56,925 bases of DNA from an uncultured Gammaproteobacteria bacterium (GTDB taxonomy: Bacteria > Pseudomonadota > Gammaproteobacteria > UBA4575), in the NCBI GenBank assembly GCA_938074525.1, contig CALJEX010000073.1, forward strand, positions 1 through 56,925. Direction: 5' to 3'. Below are positions 25,546-35,383 of this stretch, one piece after another. A program made the position numbers and the translations under genes. Under the pieces are notes generated by a model. It saw nothing but the letters and a program-made list of their open reading frames with translations, was not told the DNA's origin and did not search any database. Every line of letters begins with the position of its first letter. Positions within the stretch are counted from its first letter, which is position 1.

Positions 25546-28500
25546 CTAATACCTAAATTTCACCCGATACAAAAGCGAATAAAGCACCGGCACAAATAGC
25601 AGTGTAATGGCGGTGGCAAAGGCCAGGCCGAAGATGACGGCGATGGCGAGGGTTTCAAACATGGGGTCATGAGAGATCCATAATGGCATCATGCCACCCA
25701 CGGTGGTGACGGTGGTGACTAGAATTGGGCGCATGCGCTGTTTAGCGGCATCGAGTATGGCGATTGGTAGGTCTTTGCCCTCTTCTTCTAGCTCTATATT
25801 GATTCTGTCGATGAGCACGATGGCGTTGTTAATAATAATTCCTGCCAGTGAGATCACCCCAAGAATGGTCATAAAGCCAAAGATAGAATTGGCTGCAATT
25901 AACCCTACAGTGACACCAATCATGCCCAATGGAATAGTGGTGAGGATAATAGTGGTTTTTCTGAAGCTATTAAATTGGCTCACCAGTAATAACAAAATCA
26001 GCATGCCGGCTAAAGGCAGTTTGGCGGCTATGGATGCATTGGCATCTTTAGACTCTTCCGCTTCACCACCTTCTTGGTATTTATAACCGCGTGGCCATGA
26101 GTCAGCATATTCCACCAACCATGGTCGGAAGTTAGCGTTGATTTGACTTGGTGTCACGTTTTGCACTAACTGCACACCAATCTTAATGGCACGTTGTCGG
26201 TCACGGCGATAAATAATCGGTGGTTGCCACTCTATGGTGACATCAGCTACTTGCTTTAACGGCACTGAGTTGCCTGTGGTTTTAGAATAGATAGTCATGC
26301 CGTCTAGTTTGGCGAGGTCTTTTCTATCGGCTGACACAGAACGCAATGTGATAGGAATCAGTTCATCTTGCTCACGAAACTCGGTGAGCTCTATGCCAGA
26401 CAGTCCTGCTTGCAGTGATACTGCAACATCATCACTGGTGACACCTGCTCTACGCGCACGACTTTGATCAACGGTGACGAGCAGCTTTTTAGTTTGTAGG
26501 CCCCAATCATCGATGACATCAGCCACGCCAGGCGTTTCTAGCAATTTGCTTTTAATAGCGCCGGAAATCTCATATAGCTTTTCAACATCTTTACCCAGCA
26601 CTCGAATCTCAATCGGATAATCTATCGGTGAACCGTTTTCGAGTTTTTTCATTTTCACTTCAAGATCAGGATACCTGGCGCGCAAGTGTGATTGGGTCTG
26701 CTCGATGACATCAGGAATATCTAAATGACTATTGGTGTTAATAATCATTTGCGCCAAACGCGTATCAAGCGGATCTGGGTTTACTGTGAGTACATAACGT
26801 GGTGCGCCTAAGCCAATAAAAGACACCCAACTATTAATACCTGCTTCACCAGAATCTGCGGTGACAAAATGATTTTCACGGAAGTAATCTTCAATATGTT
26901 CCACAACGTCTGTGGTCTCATCAATGTCAGTACCACGCGGCATATTGAACTGTGCATTAATAATGGAATCCGTTTTAGGCGGCATGAATACATTTGGCAC
27001 TAAAGCCAAACCTTTAATGGCTACGACAAACAACACGACGACTAAACCTAGAAAAGCAATGCGATTATTCAATGCTAGCCTTAGCAAGGAGTCGTAACGT
27101 CTATCTAACATGCTTTCTTTGGGCTTATCGTTTGCTTTATTTTTATTCACTTTTAAAAATAAAGTGATCATCAATGGTAAGAACGTCATCGCCAGCACCC
27201 AAGAAATCATTAATGCAATGGTGACAACTTTAAAGATATCAGCGGTGTATTCGCCCACGGATGATTCCGCCAAAAATATCGGTAAAAATGCCGCCGCTGT
27301 CGTAAGTGAAGAAATCAGCAATGGCATCATTAGCTCTTTACATACAGCAACCGCTGCACTGACTACATGTTCACCTTTTTCTAAACGAACTAATACGCCC
27401 TCTGCTACTACAATGGCATTATCTACCAACAAGCCCAACGCAATAATTAAGGCCGCTAATGACACTTGATTAATCGTGATACCAAACACACCCATTGCGA
27501 CAAAAGTTAACACGACAACGACTGGCACCATGGTCGCCACTAACAAACCTGTGCGAAAACCTAGAAATACCAATAGCACCGCAATAATAATTCCAACCGC
27601 TTGACCTAAGTTACTCATAAACTTGGCTACGTCACGGTTTACATAATCAGGTTGGAAAAATAATTTTTGTAATGACACTCCATGCGGGTATTGCGCTTCA
27701 ATAAAAGGAATTTCTTGATCCAGACGCCCGCCTAAATCAACAATATTGCCACCCTCTGTCATTGAGATAGAAATAATAATAGCGGGCTCGCCATTCACGC
27801 GTGCCCGTTGTGTGGCTGGGTCTTCATATGCGCGATAGACATCGGCAATATCTTCTAAGTAAACGATGCCGCCATTATTGGGTAATTGAATAACGGTTTT
27901 CTTTAAGTCTTCAATGCTTTCAAAGTTGCCTGACGGCTCAAGCGTGATTCGTTCAGGACCAACACGTATGCTACCGCCAGAAGAAATAATATTTAGCGAC
28001 GCGAGATCATTATTTAATTGTTGTGGCGATAAACCGAGTTCAGTTAAACGCGCATTATTGTATTCCACAAAGACAACTTCATCTTGAATGCCTTGCAGTT
28101 GTACTTTAGCCACATCATCAACTTTTAATAACTCGTCTTTGATTTCGTCAGCCATGTCTTTTAATTCACGGTAACTAAAGCCATCACCCATTAAGCCATA
28201 CATGATGCCGTAGACATCACCAAAGTCATCGTTTACATGCGGACCATCAATCCCTTGAGGCAAAGAACTTTCGATGTCTTCGATTTTGCGCCGCAAGTCA
28301 TCAAAGATAGGACGCATGTTTTTATAGCTTTCTTTATAATTTGGCGTGACGACAGAAATACCCGTGCGCGATTGACTAGTAATAAAATCAATTTCAGGCA
28401 TTTCCTGAATAGCTTTTTCAATTTTATCGGTAATTAAATTTTCCACTCGCTCGGGGTTAGCGCCAGGGAAATAAGTAGTAATTTGTGCCGCACGAATAAT

Positions 28501-28620
28501 AAAGCCGGGGTCTTGTGCTTTAGGTAAGGCAAAGTAGGTTGAGATACCTGAGAGTATCAGTATCACTACCAGAATCAGCGTGACGCGATTATTATCAATT
28601 GCAAATTGCGTGATGCTCAT
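25546..28620 (-). CDS. RND efflux permease (AcrB/AcrD/AcrF family)
   Basis: 1024 aa; ALGLLVDNAIVV, GIIINNAIVLID, RMRPILVT motifs. Confidence 0.95.
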   Translation of the reverse strand: MSITQFAIDNNRVTLILVVILILSGISTYFALPKAQDPGFIIRAAQITTYFPGANPERVENLITDKIEKAIQEMPEIDFITSQSRTGISVVTPNYKESYKNMRPIFDDLRRKIEDIESSLPQGIDGPHVNDDFGDVYGIMYGLMGDGFSYRELKDMADEIKDELLKVDDVAKVQLQGIQDEVVFVEYNNARLTELGLSPQQLNNDLASLNIISSGGSIRVGPERITLEPSGNFESIEDLKKTVIQLPNNGGIVYLEDIADVYRAYEDPATQRARVNGEPAIIISISMTEGGNIVDLGGRLDQEIPFIEAQYPHGVSLQKLFFQPDYVNRDVAKFMSNLGQAVGIIIAVLLVFLGFRTGLLVATMVPVVVVLTFVAMGVFGITINQVSLAALIIALGLLVDNAIVVAEGVLVRLEKGEHVVSAAVAVCKELMMPLLISSLTTAAAFLPIFLAESSVGEYTADIFKVVTIALMISWVLAMTFLPLMITLFLKVNKNKANDKPKESMLDRRYDSLLRLALNNRIAFLGLVVVLFVVAIKGLALVPNVFMPPKTDSIINAQFNMPRGTDIDETTDVVEHIEDYFRENHFVTADSGEAGINSWVSFIGLGAPRYVLTVNPDPLDTRLAQMIINTNSHLDIPDVIEQTQSHLRARYPDLEVKMKKLENGSPIDYPIEIRVLGKDVEKLYEISGAIKSKLLETPGVADVIDDWGLQTKKLLVTVDQSRARRAGVTSDDVAVSLQAGLSGIELTEFREQDELIPITLRSVSADRKDLAKLDGMTIYSKTTGNSVPLKQVADVTIEWQPPIIYRRDRQRAIKIGVQLVQNVTPSQINANFRPWLVEYADSWPRGYKYQEGGEAEESKDANASIAAKLPLAGMLILLLLVSQFNSFRKTTIILTTIPLGMIGVTVGLIAANSIFGFMTILGVISLAGIIINNAIVLIDRINIELEEEGKDLPIAILDAAKQRMRPILVTTVTTVGGMMPLWISHDPMFETLAIAVIFGLAFATAITLLFVPVLYSLLYRVKFRY

Positions 28621-28672
28621 AATAAGTTACTCAACTTTTCTCTAAACCTAAATGAATTCAACTTACAGCTCT

Positions 28673-28777
28673 TGTCATGCTCGTGAAAACGTGCATCCAG
28701 CTGGCAGTGATGATTCAAGTTTTTATTTAGCAAGCTATTTCCTTATTTGCTAGATTCCCGCCTGCGCGGGAATGACA
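28673..28777. repeat. inverted pair of GTCATTCCCGC-type REP palindromes (REPIN-like)
   Basis: CTAGATTCCCGCCTGCGCGGGAATGACA (28750-28777) and degenerate TGTCATGCTCGTGAAAACGTGCATCCAG (28673-28700). Confidence 0.75.
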
Positions 28778-28841
28778 TGGTGCTTTTTTTCAGCCATGCT
28801 TAAATAACGTTAATTTGTATGGGAGTGATCATGGATTTTTG

Positions 28842-29921
28842 TTATTCAACCTTTACGGCCATGCCGTCACGAATGACGGTCACCCCTGCAGTGACAATTT
28901 TGTCACCATTATTCAATCCACTAGTGACTCGCACGCCCTGCTGGACAATCTCTTTGACTTCAACGTAAGTCTTTTTCACTGTTGCCTGTTCGCTAGACTC
29001 ACCTGCATTAAGCACATAGGCAAAGTCTCCCTTTTCATCATGCGCAACGGCAGTAATCGGCAAGATAAAATAATTTTCTTCTGCGCCGTTACTTTGTGTG
29101 AACTCTACTTCAGCCGCTAAACCTGCACGTAAACCTTCATGATTACCATCGAGCGTGATAGTGACAGGAAATGCAGAGGCTTGATCACTACTACCACTAC
29201 TAATTTCGGTTACCTTACCTACATAATGACTATCATCGACTGAGCTTAGCGATACCATGACGGCTTGATTCTCTTTCACTGCGTCAATGTATGATTCTGG
29301 CACATCAACAACGACTTCCACTTTCTTTCCACAGTTAACACTCACCACTGCTTGCCCTGAAGATACATTTTCATTCTCTCTAACCGGCTTGGATGACACG
29401 ATGCAGTCTTGGGGCGAGTACAAGTTGGCATAGCTAAGTTGCAAGCGCGCTGCTTCTACTTGCTGGTTATTGGCTTTAACCTGGGCTTTTGCTGATTCTG
29501 CAGAGGCGCGCGTGGTATCTAGCTGACTTTTTGAAGCATTACGTTTTTCATATAAACCAATAGTGCGATTGTATTCTGACTCTGCACTTCTTAATGAAGC
29601 TTTCGCCGAAGCTAACTCAGCCTTAGCTTGCTCAAATAATACTGCATAGTCTTTATCATCTAGACGAGCGACTAATTGCCCTTTAGTTAGACTATCACCT
29701 ACACCCACAGGAATGTCTTCTACACGGCCGGACACACGAAAACTTAAGTTAGCTTCCAGTTCTGCTTTGGTGACACCGCTAAAGGTTTTGACCAGCTTAC
29801 CTGAGCTATAGCTAATAGTTTGATGCTTGACAGAACGCAGAGGGATTTCAATCACCTCTTCTTGTTTATCACAGCCTGACAATAAGACTGCCACACTTAA
29901 TAAGAGAATTATTCTTTTCAT
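28842..29921 (-). CDS. RND periplasmic adaptor (MFP) lipoprotein
   Basis: Lipobox LLSGC, LSFRVSGRV, hairpin and lipoyl domains, GLNNGDKIVTAG; ATG 29921 overlaps the upstream TGA. Confidence 0.93.
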   Translation of the reverse strand: MKRIILLLSVAVLLSGCDKQEEVIEIPLRSVKHQTISYSSGKLVKTFSGVTKAELEANLSFRVSGRVEDIPVGVGDSLTKGQLVARLDDKDYAVLFEQAKAELASAKASLRSAESEYNRTIGLYEKRNASKSQLDTTRASAESAKAQVKANNQQVEAARLQLSYANLYSPQDCIVSSKPVRENENVSSGQAVVSVNCGKKVEVVVDVPESYIDAVKENQAVMVSLSSVDDSHYVGKVTEISSGSSDQASAFPVTITLDGNHEGLRAGLAAEVEFTQSNGAEENYFILPITAVAHDEKGDFAYVLNAGESSEQATVKKTYVEVKEIVQQGVRVTSGLNNGDKIVTAGVTVIRDGMAVKVE

Positions 29922-32254
29922 TGCATGGTTGCTCGCACTCGTTGCTGCCATAGTTTTACACCGTCTTGTTGTAGCAATAAATCAAAATTGCTTTCTGCTC
30001 TTAGTACATCGACTAAATCAATTAAAAATGCATAGCGCGCATCTGCAGCTTGAAGCTGTGCAGCAAGCGCAGCGTCTTGAGCATCAATTAAATCAGTAAT
30101 TGACACAGCTCCTTCGGAATACGAGTCTGTGACTAATTCTAAGTTTTCACTCGCCGCCGCCGCGGCATCCAGTGCTAGACGAATCGAGGAATGTGAGGCT
30201 GCAGCATTAAATAACGCCGAACGCATGCGAGTTTCTACTCTTTCTTTTTCGGCCTCTTTTTGCAGTAACAATTGTCTATGCGTGTTGCGTGATTTAGACA
30301 ATTGCGATTTTAATTGGCCGCTAGTAAATATTGGCAGAGTAGCTTGTACGCCAATACCCCATTGATCATCATGAATGCCTGTACCGTTTAAATTAGAACC
30401 TGCTCCACTGCGACTAATATTCTCGGTTAACGAACTCGTTAAGGAAACATCCGGCACATAATAAGCGCGTTTATCCGCTGTAATTTGTCGGCCTTGAGCT
30501 TTGATTAAATAATCGAAGCGTTTAACTTCTGGTGCATTTTCTTTAGCAACCTCAGATTGCAGCGCGATAAACTTTTCCCAAGCGACTGGATTGTCATATA
30601 GATCGCGATTTTCACTGCGATTGAGTTCATTCAACACCGACTGTATAGACTCATCTGAAGTTGCAATTGGATCTGACGTTAGCAAATGCAAAACTCGGTA
30701 AAGTTCAGTTTCTGAAATTAAGCGATCAGCTTCTGCCGCCAATAAACTTTGCCGGTCTCTGGCGATCTGGCTTTTCCAACGAATTTCATCAGCACGTGAT
30801 GACTCACCAATTTGTACACGGGACTTGGCTAACTCTAAATTGTCGCGAGTTAATTCAACATTAGATTTTTGCACTTGTTCAAGTGCAATCGTTCTCAATA
30901 CATTTAAATAAGCCGTGGCTGAAGATTGCATTGTATCCAGCATAGTAATTTTAGTTTCTAAGCTAGTGCTACTGCTTAAAAGCTTAGAAATAGTTAAGTT
31001 AGCCCATTGATCATCTGAGTAAATAGTTTGAGATGCTTGAATGCCGGCGTCACCTGAATTTTCAGCAAAACTTTGCGGATTGGCACGATCCTGATCGATA
31101 GTTTCATATGAGGTGTTAGCGTTTAACTGCGGTAACAAACTTGAGCGTGCAATACCAATATCGTTTTCAGCGATATCAATATCAACTTGACTGGCTTGCA
31201 GGTCAACATTGGCCTCAAGTGCTCTTGCCATTGCTTCAGACAAGGTCAGTACTCTGGCATTAGAGACGACATTATCATAAAGCAGTTCGGCATCCTCCAA
31301 GTCTACCCAACGAGGCGACACACCGATGGCACGTGCTGTTTGCATATTAATTGACAGACGATCACTTTGATAAAAGTCGACATTTAATTGTGAAGCCGGT
31401 GTACCCAATAAAATTCGATAAACATTGGTTGCAATACGGCGCGCGAAAATTACTTGATCACTATCACGACCTGAGATAGTCGCCATCAAACCCAAATCAA
31501 GTTCTTGTATTCCCAAAAATGAAAAGCTTGGTAGTTTATTTTCAATAAAGTATTCAGAGAGAGAACGGATATCTTGATTATTCACTCGCAACATAGGCGC
31601 GACTAATACAGCATCCGCTTCACTAGGGATTTTATCCGTGATTTCTTTAATATCTGTAATACCAGTAATAAGTGTGATATCAAACCCAAAGTCATTCGAT
31701 GCGCGTTTAACAGTACCTGCCAAACTAGGGATGACCTTAACAGGCAATTCATCGACTAAAATGGCTAGATGTTTAAAGCCTACTAAGTTATGAAAACGCT
31801 CAAGGTCATCAGATACTGAACTGACATAACGCGTGTAAACAAAGTTTTTCTTGCCGCTTGCATTATCTTCATAAGGAATATCTTGCAATGTCACATCGAC
31901 AATATAGGGAGCAATAATAGGCTTAGTAATATCAGGAATTTGTGACGCTAAATGTGAACTGACCACACCCAAAGTAATGATCATGTCGACTTGCGGATCA
32001 CGCAGCAACTTATCCAGCTGCTGACTAATGCCTTGTGCTGTCCAATCTCCATTGACGCGAAAAGCTGGCGGAAAAACTACGTCAAACTCATTACCTACAA
32101 TGGCTTGTATTTCTTGCTGAATGAGTGATAAATCAACAAATTCGCGCGCCAATGGACCGTCATACATGGTCGCGATCACCACTTCACGCGCATGCACAGC
32201 CTGTCCGACAATGCTACAAAATAAAATACAGACAAATAATAATCTAGCGCGCAT
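29918..32254 (-). CDS. fusion: ABC-type substrate-binding domain + TolC-family outer-membrane efflux protein
   Basis: N-terminal ~330 aa periplasmic-binding-like (DMIITLG, ADAVLV, LSINMQTARAIGV); C-terminal OEP (LTLSEAMARALEAN, RSSLLPQL, YSEGAVSITDLIDAQ). Confidence 0.85.
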   Translation of the reverse strand: MRARLLFVCILFCSIVGQAVHAREVVIATMYDGPLAREFVDLSLIQQEIQAIVGNEFDVVFPPAFRVNGDWTAQGISQQLDKLLRDPQVDMIITLGVVSSHLASQIPDITKPIIAPYIVDVTLQDIPYEDNASGKKNFVYTRYVSSVSDDLERFHNLVGFKHLAILVDELPVKVIPSLAGTVKRASNDFGFDITLITGITDIKEITDKIPSEADAVLVAPMLRVNNQDIRSLSEYFIENKLPSFSFLGIQELDLGLMATISGRDSDQVIFARRIATNVYRILLGTPASQLNVDFYQSDRLSINMQTARAIGVSPRWVDLEDAELLYDNVVSNARVLTLSEAMARALEANVDLQASQVDIDIAENDIGIARSSLLPQLNANTSYETIDQDRANPQSFAENSGDAGIQASQTIYSDDQWANLTISKLLSSSTSLETKITMLDTMQSSATAYLNVLRTIALEQVQKSNVELTRDNLELAKSRVQIGESSRADEIRWKSQIARDRQSLLAAEADRLISETELYRVLHLLTSDPIATSDESIQSVLNELNRSENRDLYDNPVAWEKFIALQSEVAKENAPEVKRFDYLIKAQGRQITADKRAYYVPDVSLTSSLTENISRSGAGSNLNGTGIHDDQWGIGVQATLPIFTSGQLKSQLSKSRNTHRQLLLQKEAEKERVETRMRSALFNAAASHSSIRLALDAAAAASENLELVTDSYSEGAVSITDLIDAQDAALAAQLQAADARYAFLIDLVDVLRAESNFDLLLQQDGVKLWQQRVRATMQ

Positions 32255-32353
32255 AGAGTTTAGTCATTTATTAGTAGTATAGAGACACTGATTTTGATGT
32301 TACCATCTTTAAATTATAAACAAACCTTAAAAACACATGTACAGGAGCATGGA

Positions 32354-32818
32354 ATGATTTGCAGACTCATCACATTTATCTTTATTAGTGCATTATTTAG
32401 CGCTGCTCATGCCGCCTCATTAAATGATTTATACGCTTCACTGATTGAAAACAAACGTGAGCAAATAAGTAATGCACTTGATCTAGAAGATAATACTGCA
32501 TTTTGGGAGGTATATGACCAGTTTCAAGAAAAGCAATCGCAATATAATCACGATGCTTTCAAACTTATTGAGAAATTCCACAACAAACAGGAAAACGGCG
32601 AAATTAGTGCACAAAGCATGATTAACTTACAGGCTGAGTTTTTCCGAATTGAAGGCCGAATTTTACAAAACAAGCAAAACCAAGCAGAATTTTTTGGCCA
32701 AACAATCTCTAAAGAAAAGTTGTTTATTTTTTACCAAATTGAGTCAAAGCTTGAAGCATTAATTCGAAGCAAAATTGCCGAGAAGTCTCCTCTCATTGCA
32801 CCCAAAGTAAAATTATAA
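32354..32818 (+). CDS. exported helical hypothetical protein
   Basis: Signal peptide ending AHA; FWEVYDQF motif; ATG 32354 after AGGAG. Confidence 0.7.
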   Translation: MICRLITFIFISALFSAAHAASLNDLYASLIENKREQISNALDLEDNTAFWEVYDQFQEKQSQYNHDAFKLIEKFHNKQENGEISAQSMINLQAEFFRIEGRILQNKQNQAEFFGQTISKEKLFIFYQIESKLEALIRSKIAEKSPLIAPKVKL

Positions 32819-32825
32819 TCGCAAT

Positions 32826-32858
32826 AAAAAAGCGAGGTATATACTGCCTCGCTTTTTT
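32826..32858. terminator. bidirectional intrinsic terminator
   Basis: AAAAAAGCGAGG...CCTCGCTTTTTT between convergent genes. Confidence 0.85.
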
Positions 32859-32880
32859 GTTATTAATGCCTAAAATTTAC

Positions 32881-33273
32881 TTACTCTTTTTCTGGCTCAC
32901 CTTGCCATAGCATTTCATAACCTACTTCATAGGTTTCATTAGCATAATCCGCTAACGCTTCAAATTTTTCTCTAAACGCAGCATCGGCATGGGATTTTTC
33001 GTGCTGCTCAAATGATTTCCAATAAGTGACTATCGAAATATGATCTTCGGTTTGATGCTTTGATGCAAACGAACCTTCATCTGAAATAAAACCACCGAAC
33101 TTATACACTTGCCCGCCGATAAATCCACCTTCATCATCACCATAGGTGTTTTTTACCACATTACACATTTCACCCAGCGCTAACTCAACATCTTCAACTG
33201 TTACACCTTTTTTCAGTTTGACAACGTTATATAGCATCACACAACCAAAAGGGATAGAAAGCGGCTCAAACAT
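32881..33273 (-). CDS. hypothetical dimeric alpha/beta-barrel-like protein with W-x5-HxxxH motif
   Basis: 130 aa; IVTYWKSFEQHEKSH; AAGGAG RBS. Confidence 0.75.
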   Translation of the reverse strand: MFEPLSIPFGCVMLYNVVKLKKGVTVEDVELALGEMCNVVKNTYGDDEGGFIGGQVYKFGGFISDEGSFASKHQTEDHISIVTYWKSFEQHEKSHADAAFREKFEALADYANETYEVGYEMLWQGEPEKE

Positions 33274-33498
33274 GGGGGCTCCTTGATATATTCGTTTAAA
33301 TTAAACCCAGTATATAAGATTTACGAGAAAATACCGCTAATTTTCGCATCACTCAGTCACTTGATGGATTACATCATTCGCCAAGATACTCATATTGATT
33401 TTACTTCCGCGTCATGGATTCCTTAGCTTCAAGGTCATCATTACTTTGTTAATGATACCATCAGCCTCATATATCACTTTCGAAATAACCACAGCCAT

Positions 33499-34626
33499 TT
33501 GAACTCAATAAACACACAACCAGAGCTGAGACTTGTGCGCGAACAACAAATTACTCGCGTCCAGCTTATTGGTGATTGGCTCATTGAACACTCAATATCA
33601 AATAGCCAACAAACGATTGATAGCTTAACAACTAGTGTTGTTGAATTAGACGCTACAGCCTTGGGAAAATGGGACAGCCGACTAATTACTTTTTTAGTCA
33701 AATTACGCAAGCATACCGACCGCCACAACCTGACATTAAATTTAGTGAACCTGCCAGAAGGTGCTCATAGGCTACTCACATTAGCATTTGCGGTAGAAGC
33801 ACCTGAAGGTGCTAGCAGGTCAAGTAAAAAAGAAAATTTCTTTTACCGCACTGGCAAAGGATTCCTTTCCACCGTCGCTAACAGCAAATCAGTGATTTCT
33901 TTTGTTGGGAAAGTCACTTTATCTATTGGACGTTTTTTTCGCGGCAAGGCTAATTACCAACGCTCAGATTTATGGGTCACCATTCAGGAGACTGGCGCTG
34001 AAGCATTTCCTATTGTTAGTCTCATCGCATTTTTAGTGGGCGCAATTCTAGCGTTTGTCGGTGTAGTACAACTGAATAAATTTGGCGCAGGCATTTATGT
34101 TGCTGACTTGGTTGCGGTGGGCGTGATAAGAGAAATGGGCGCGATCATGACAGGTGTAATAATGGCTGGTCGTACTGGCGCTGCTTTTGCTGCACAACTT
34201 GGCACTATGAAAGTGAACGAAGAAGTTGACGCACTCACCACTATGGGCATTGACCCTATCGATTTCTTGGTATTACCCAAGGTCATCGCACTAATACTAA
34301 TGCTGCCATTATTAAGTATCTACGCTAATTTACTTGGTGTCATGGGCGGTGCAGCAGTTTCACTTGCGATATTGGATGTCAGCATCTATCAATACATGGT
34401 GCAAACTATATATTCAGTCACTCTTGTGGATTTCTTTAGCGGATTATTTAAAGCCATTGTCTATGGCATATTAATTGCCATTGCCGGTTGTCGCTGTGGA
34501 ATTGAATGCGGAAAGAGTGCTGCCGCAGTGGGCCTTGCCACGACATCCGCTGTAGTGAGTGGTATTGTTGCTATTGTCGTTGCCAATGCAATTTTAAATG
34601 TAATCTACACTTTGCTTGATATTTAG
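33499..34626 (+). CDS. MlaE-family ABC permease with N-terminal STAS-like domain
   Basis: REMGAIMTGVIMAGRTGAAFAAQLGTMKVNEEVDAL, LVLPK. Confidence 0.92.
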   Translation: MNSINTQPELRLVREQQITRVQLIGDWLIEHSISNSQQTIDSLTTSVVELDATALGKWDSRLITFLVKLRKHTDRHNLTLNLVNLPEGAHRLLTLAFAVEAPEGASRSSKKENFFYRTGKGFLSTVANSKSVISFVGKVTLSIGRFFRGKANYQRSDLWVTIQETGAEAFPIVSLIAFLVGAILAFVGVVQLNKFGAGIYVADLVAVGVIREMGAIMTGVIMAGRTGAAFAAQLGTMKVNEEVDALTTMGIDPIDFLVLPKVIALILMLPLLSIYANLLGVMGGAAVSLAILDVSIYQYMVQTIYSVTLVDFFSGLFKAIVYGILIAIAGCRCGIECGKSAAAVGLATTSAVVSGIVAIVVANAILNVIYTLLDI

Positions 34627-34627
34627 T

Positions 34628-35383
34628 ATGAGTGACACACACATCTCAGTTGACAATCTCACCATGGCTTATGGTGATTATATTATTCAACGCAACTTGA
34701 ATTTCACAATCAATCGTAGCGATATATTTGTCATTATAGGTGGTAGTGGTTGCGGAAAAAGTACTTTGCTAAAAATTATGATTGGCCTGAAGTCACCAGC
34801 AACGGGAAGTATCAATTATCAAGGCGACAGTTTTTGGGATGCTACAGACTTTCAGCGCGATCATCTAAGGCGTAAATTCGGCGTGCTATTTCAAAGCGGG
34901 GCCTTATGGAGTTCAATGACCTTGAAAGAAAATGTTGCGCTTGCTCTCAAACAGTATACTGATTTATCCAAAAACGAAATTTCAGAGCTATGTTCCTTAA
35001 AACTTGCACTGGTAGGGCTCGCGGGATTCGAAGATTATTATCCTAACGAAATTAGCGGAGGCATGAAAAAACGCGCCGGCCTGGCACGCGCCATTGCAAT
35101 GGATCCAGAGTATTTGTTCTTTGATGAACCCTCAGCAGGCCTAGACCCACTTAGCTCTCGCTTACTCGATGATTTAATATTGGAATTACGTGATAGTCTG
35201 GGTGCAACAGTCATCATCGTCACACATGAACTTGCAAGCATATTTACCATAGCCAACAACTCAGTATTCTTAGACCCAGAAACTAAAACCATGCTTGCCA
35301 ATGACGACCCTAAATATTTAAGGGATCATTGCGACAATTTCAAAGTTAGAAACTTCTTACAACGCGGCGAAGCAAAGCAATGA
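34628..35383 (+). CDS. MlaF/Mkl-family ABC ATPase
   Basis: GGSGCGKS, ISGGMKKRAGLARA, DEPSAGLDP, VTHE; ATG 34628. Confidence 0.93.
   Translation: MSDTHISVDNLTMAYGDYIIQRNLNFTINRSDIFVIIGGSGCGKSTLLKIMIGLKSPATGSINYQGDSFWDATDFQRDHLRRKFGVLFQSGALWSSMTLKENVALALKQYTDLSKNEISELCSLKLALVGLAGFEDYYPNEISGGMKKRAGLARAIAMDPEYLFFDEPSAGLDPLSSRLLDDLILELRDSLGATVIIVTHELASIFTIANNSVFLDPETKTMLANDDPKYLRDHCDNFKVRNFLQRGEAKQ

Noticed and set aside
25590-25790. Locally GC-richer 3' end of the RND gene as a recombined patch
   Set aside because: Largely explained by Ala/Gly/Val/Thr-rich TM codons; no breakpoint can be shown without comparison.
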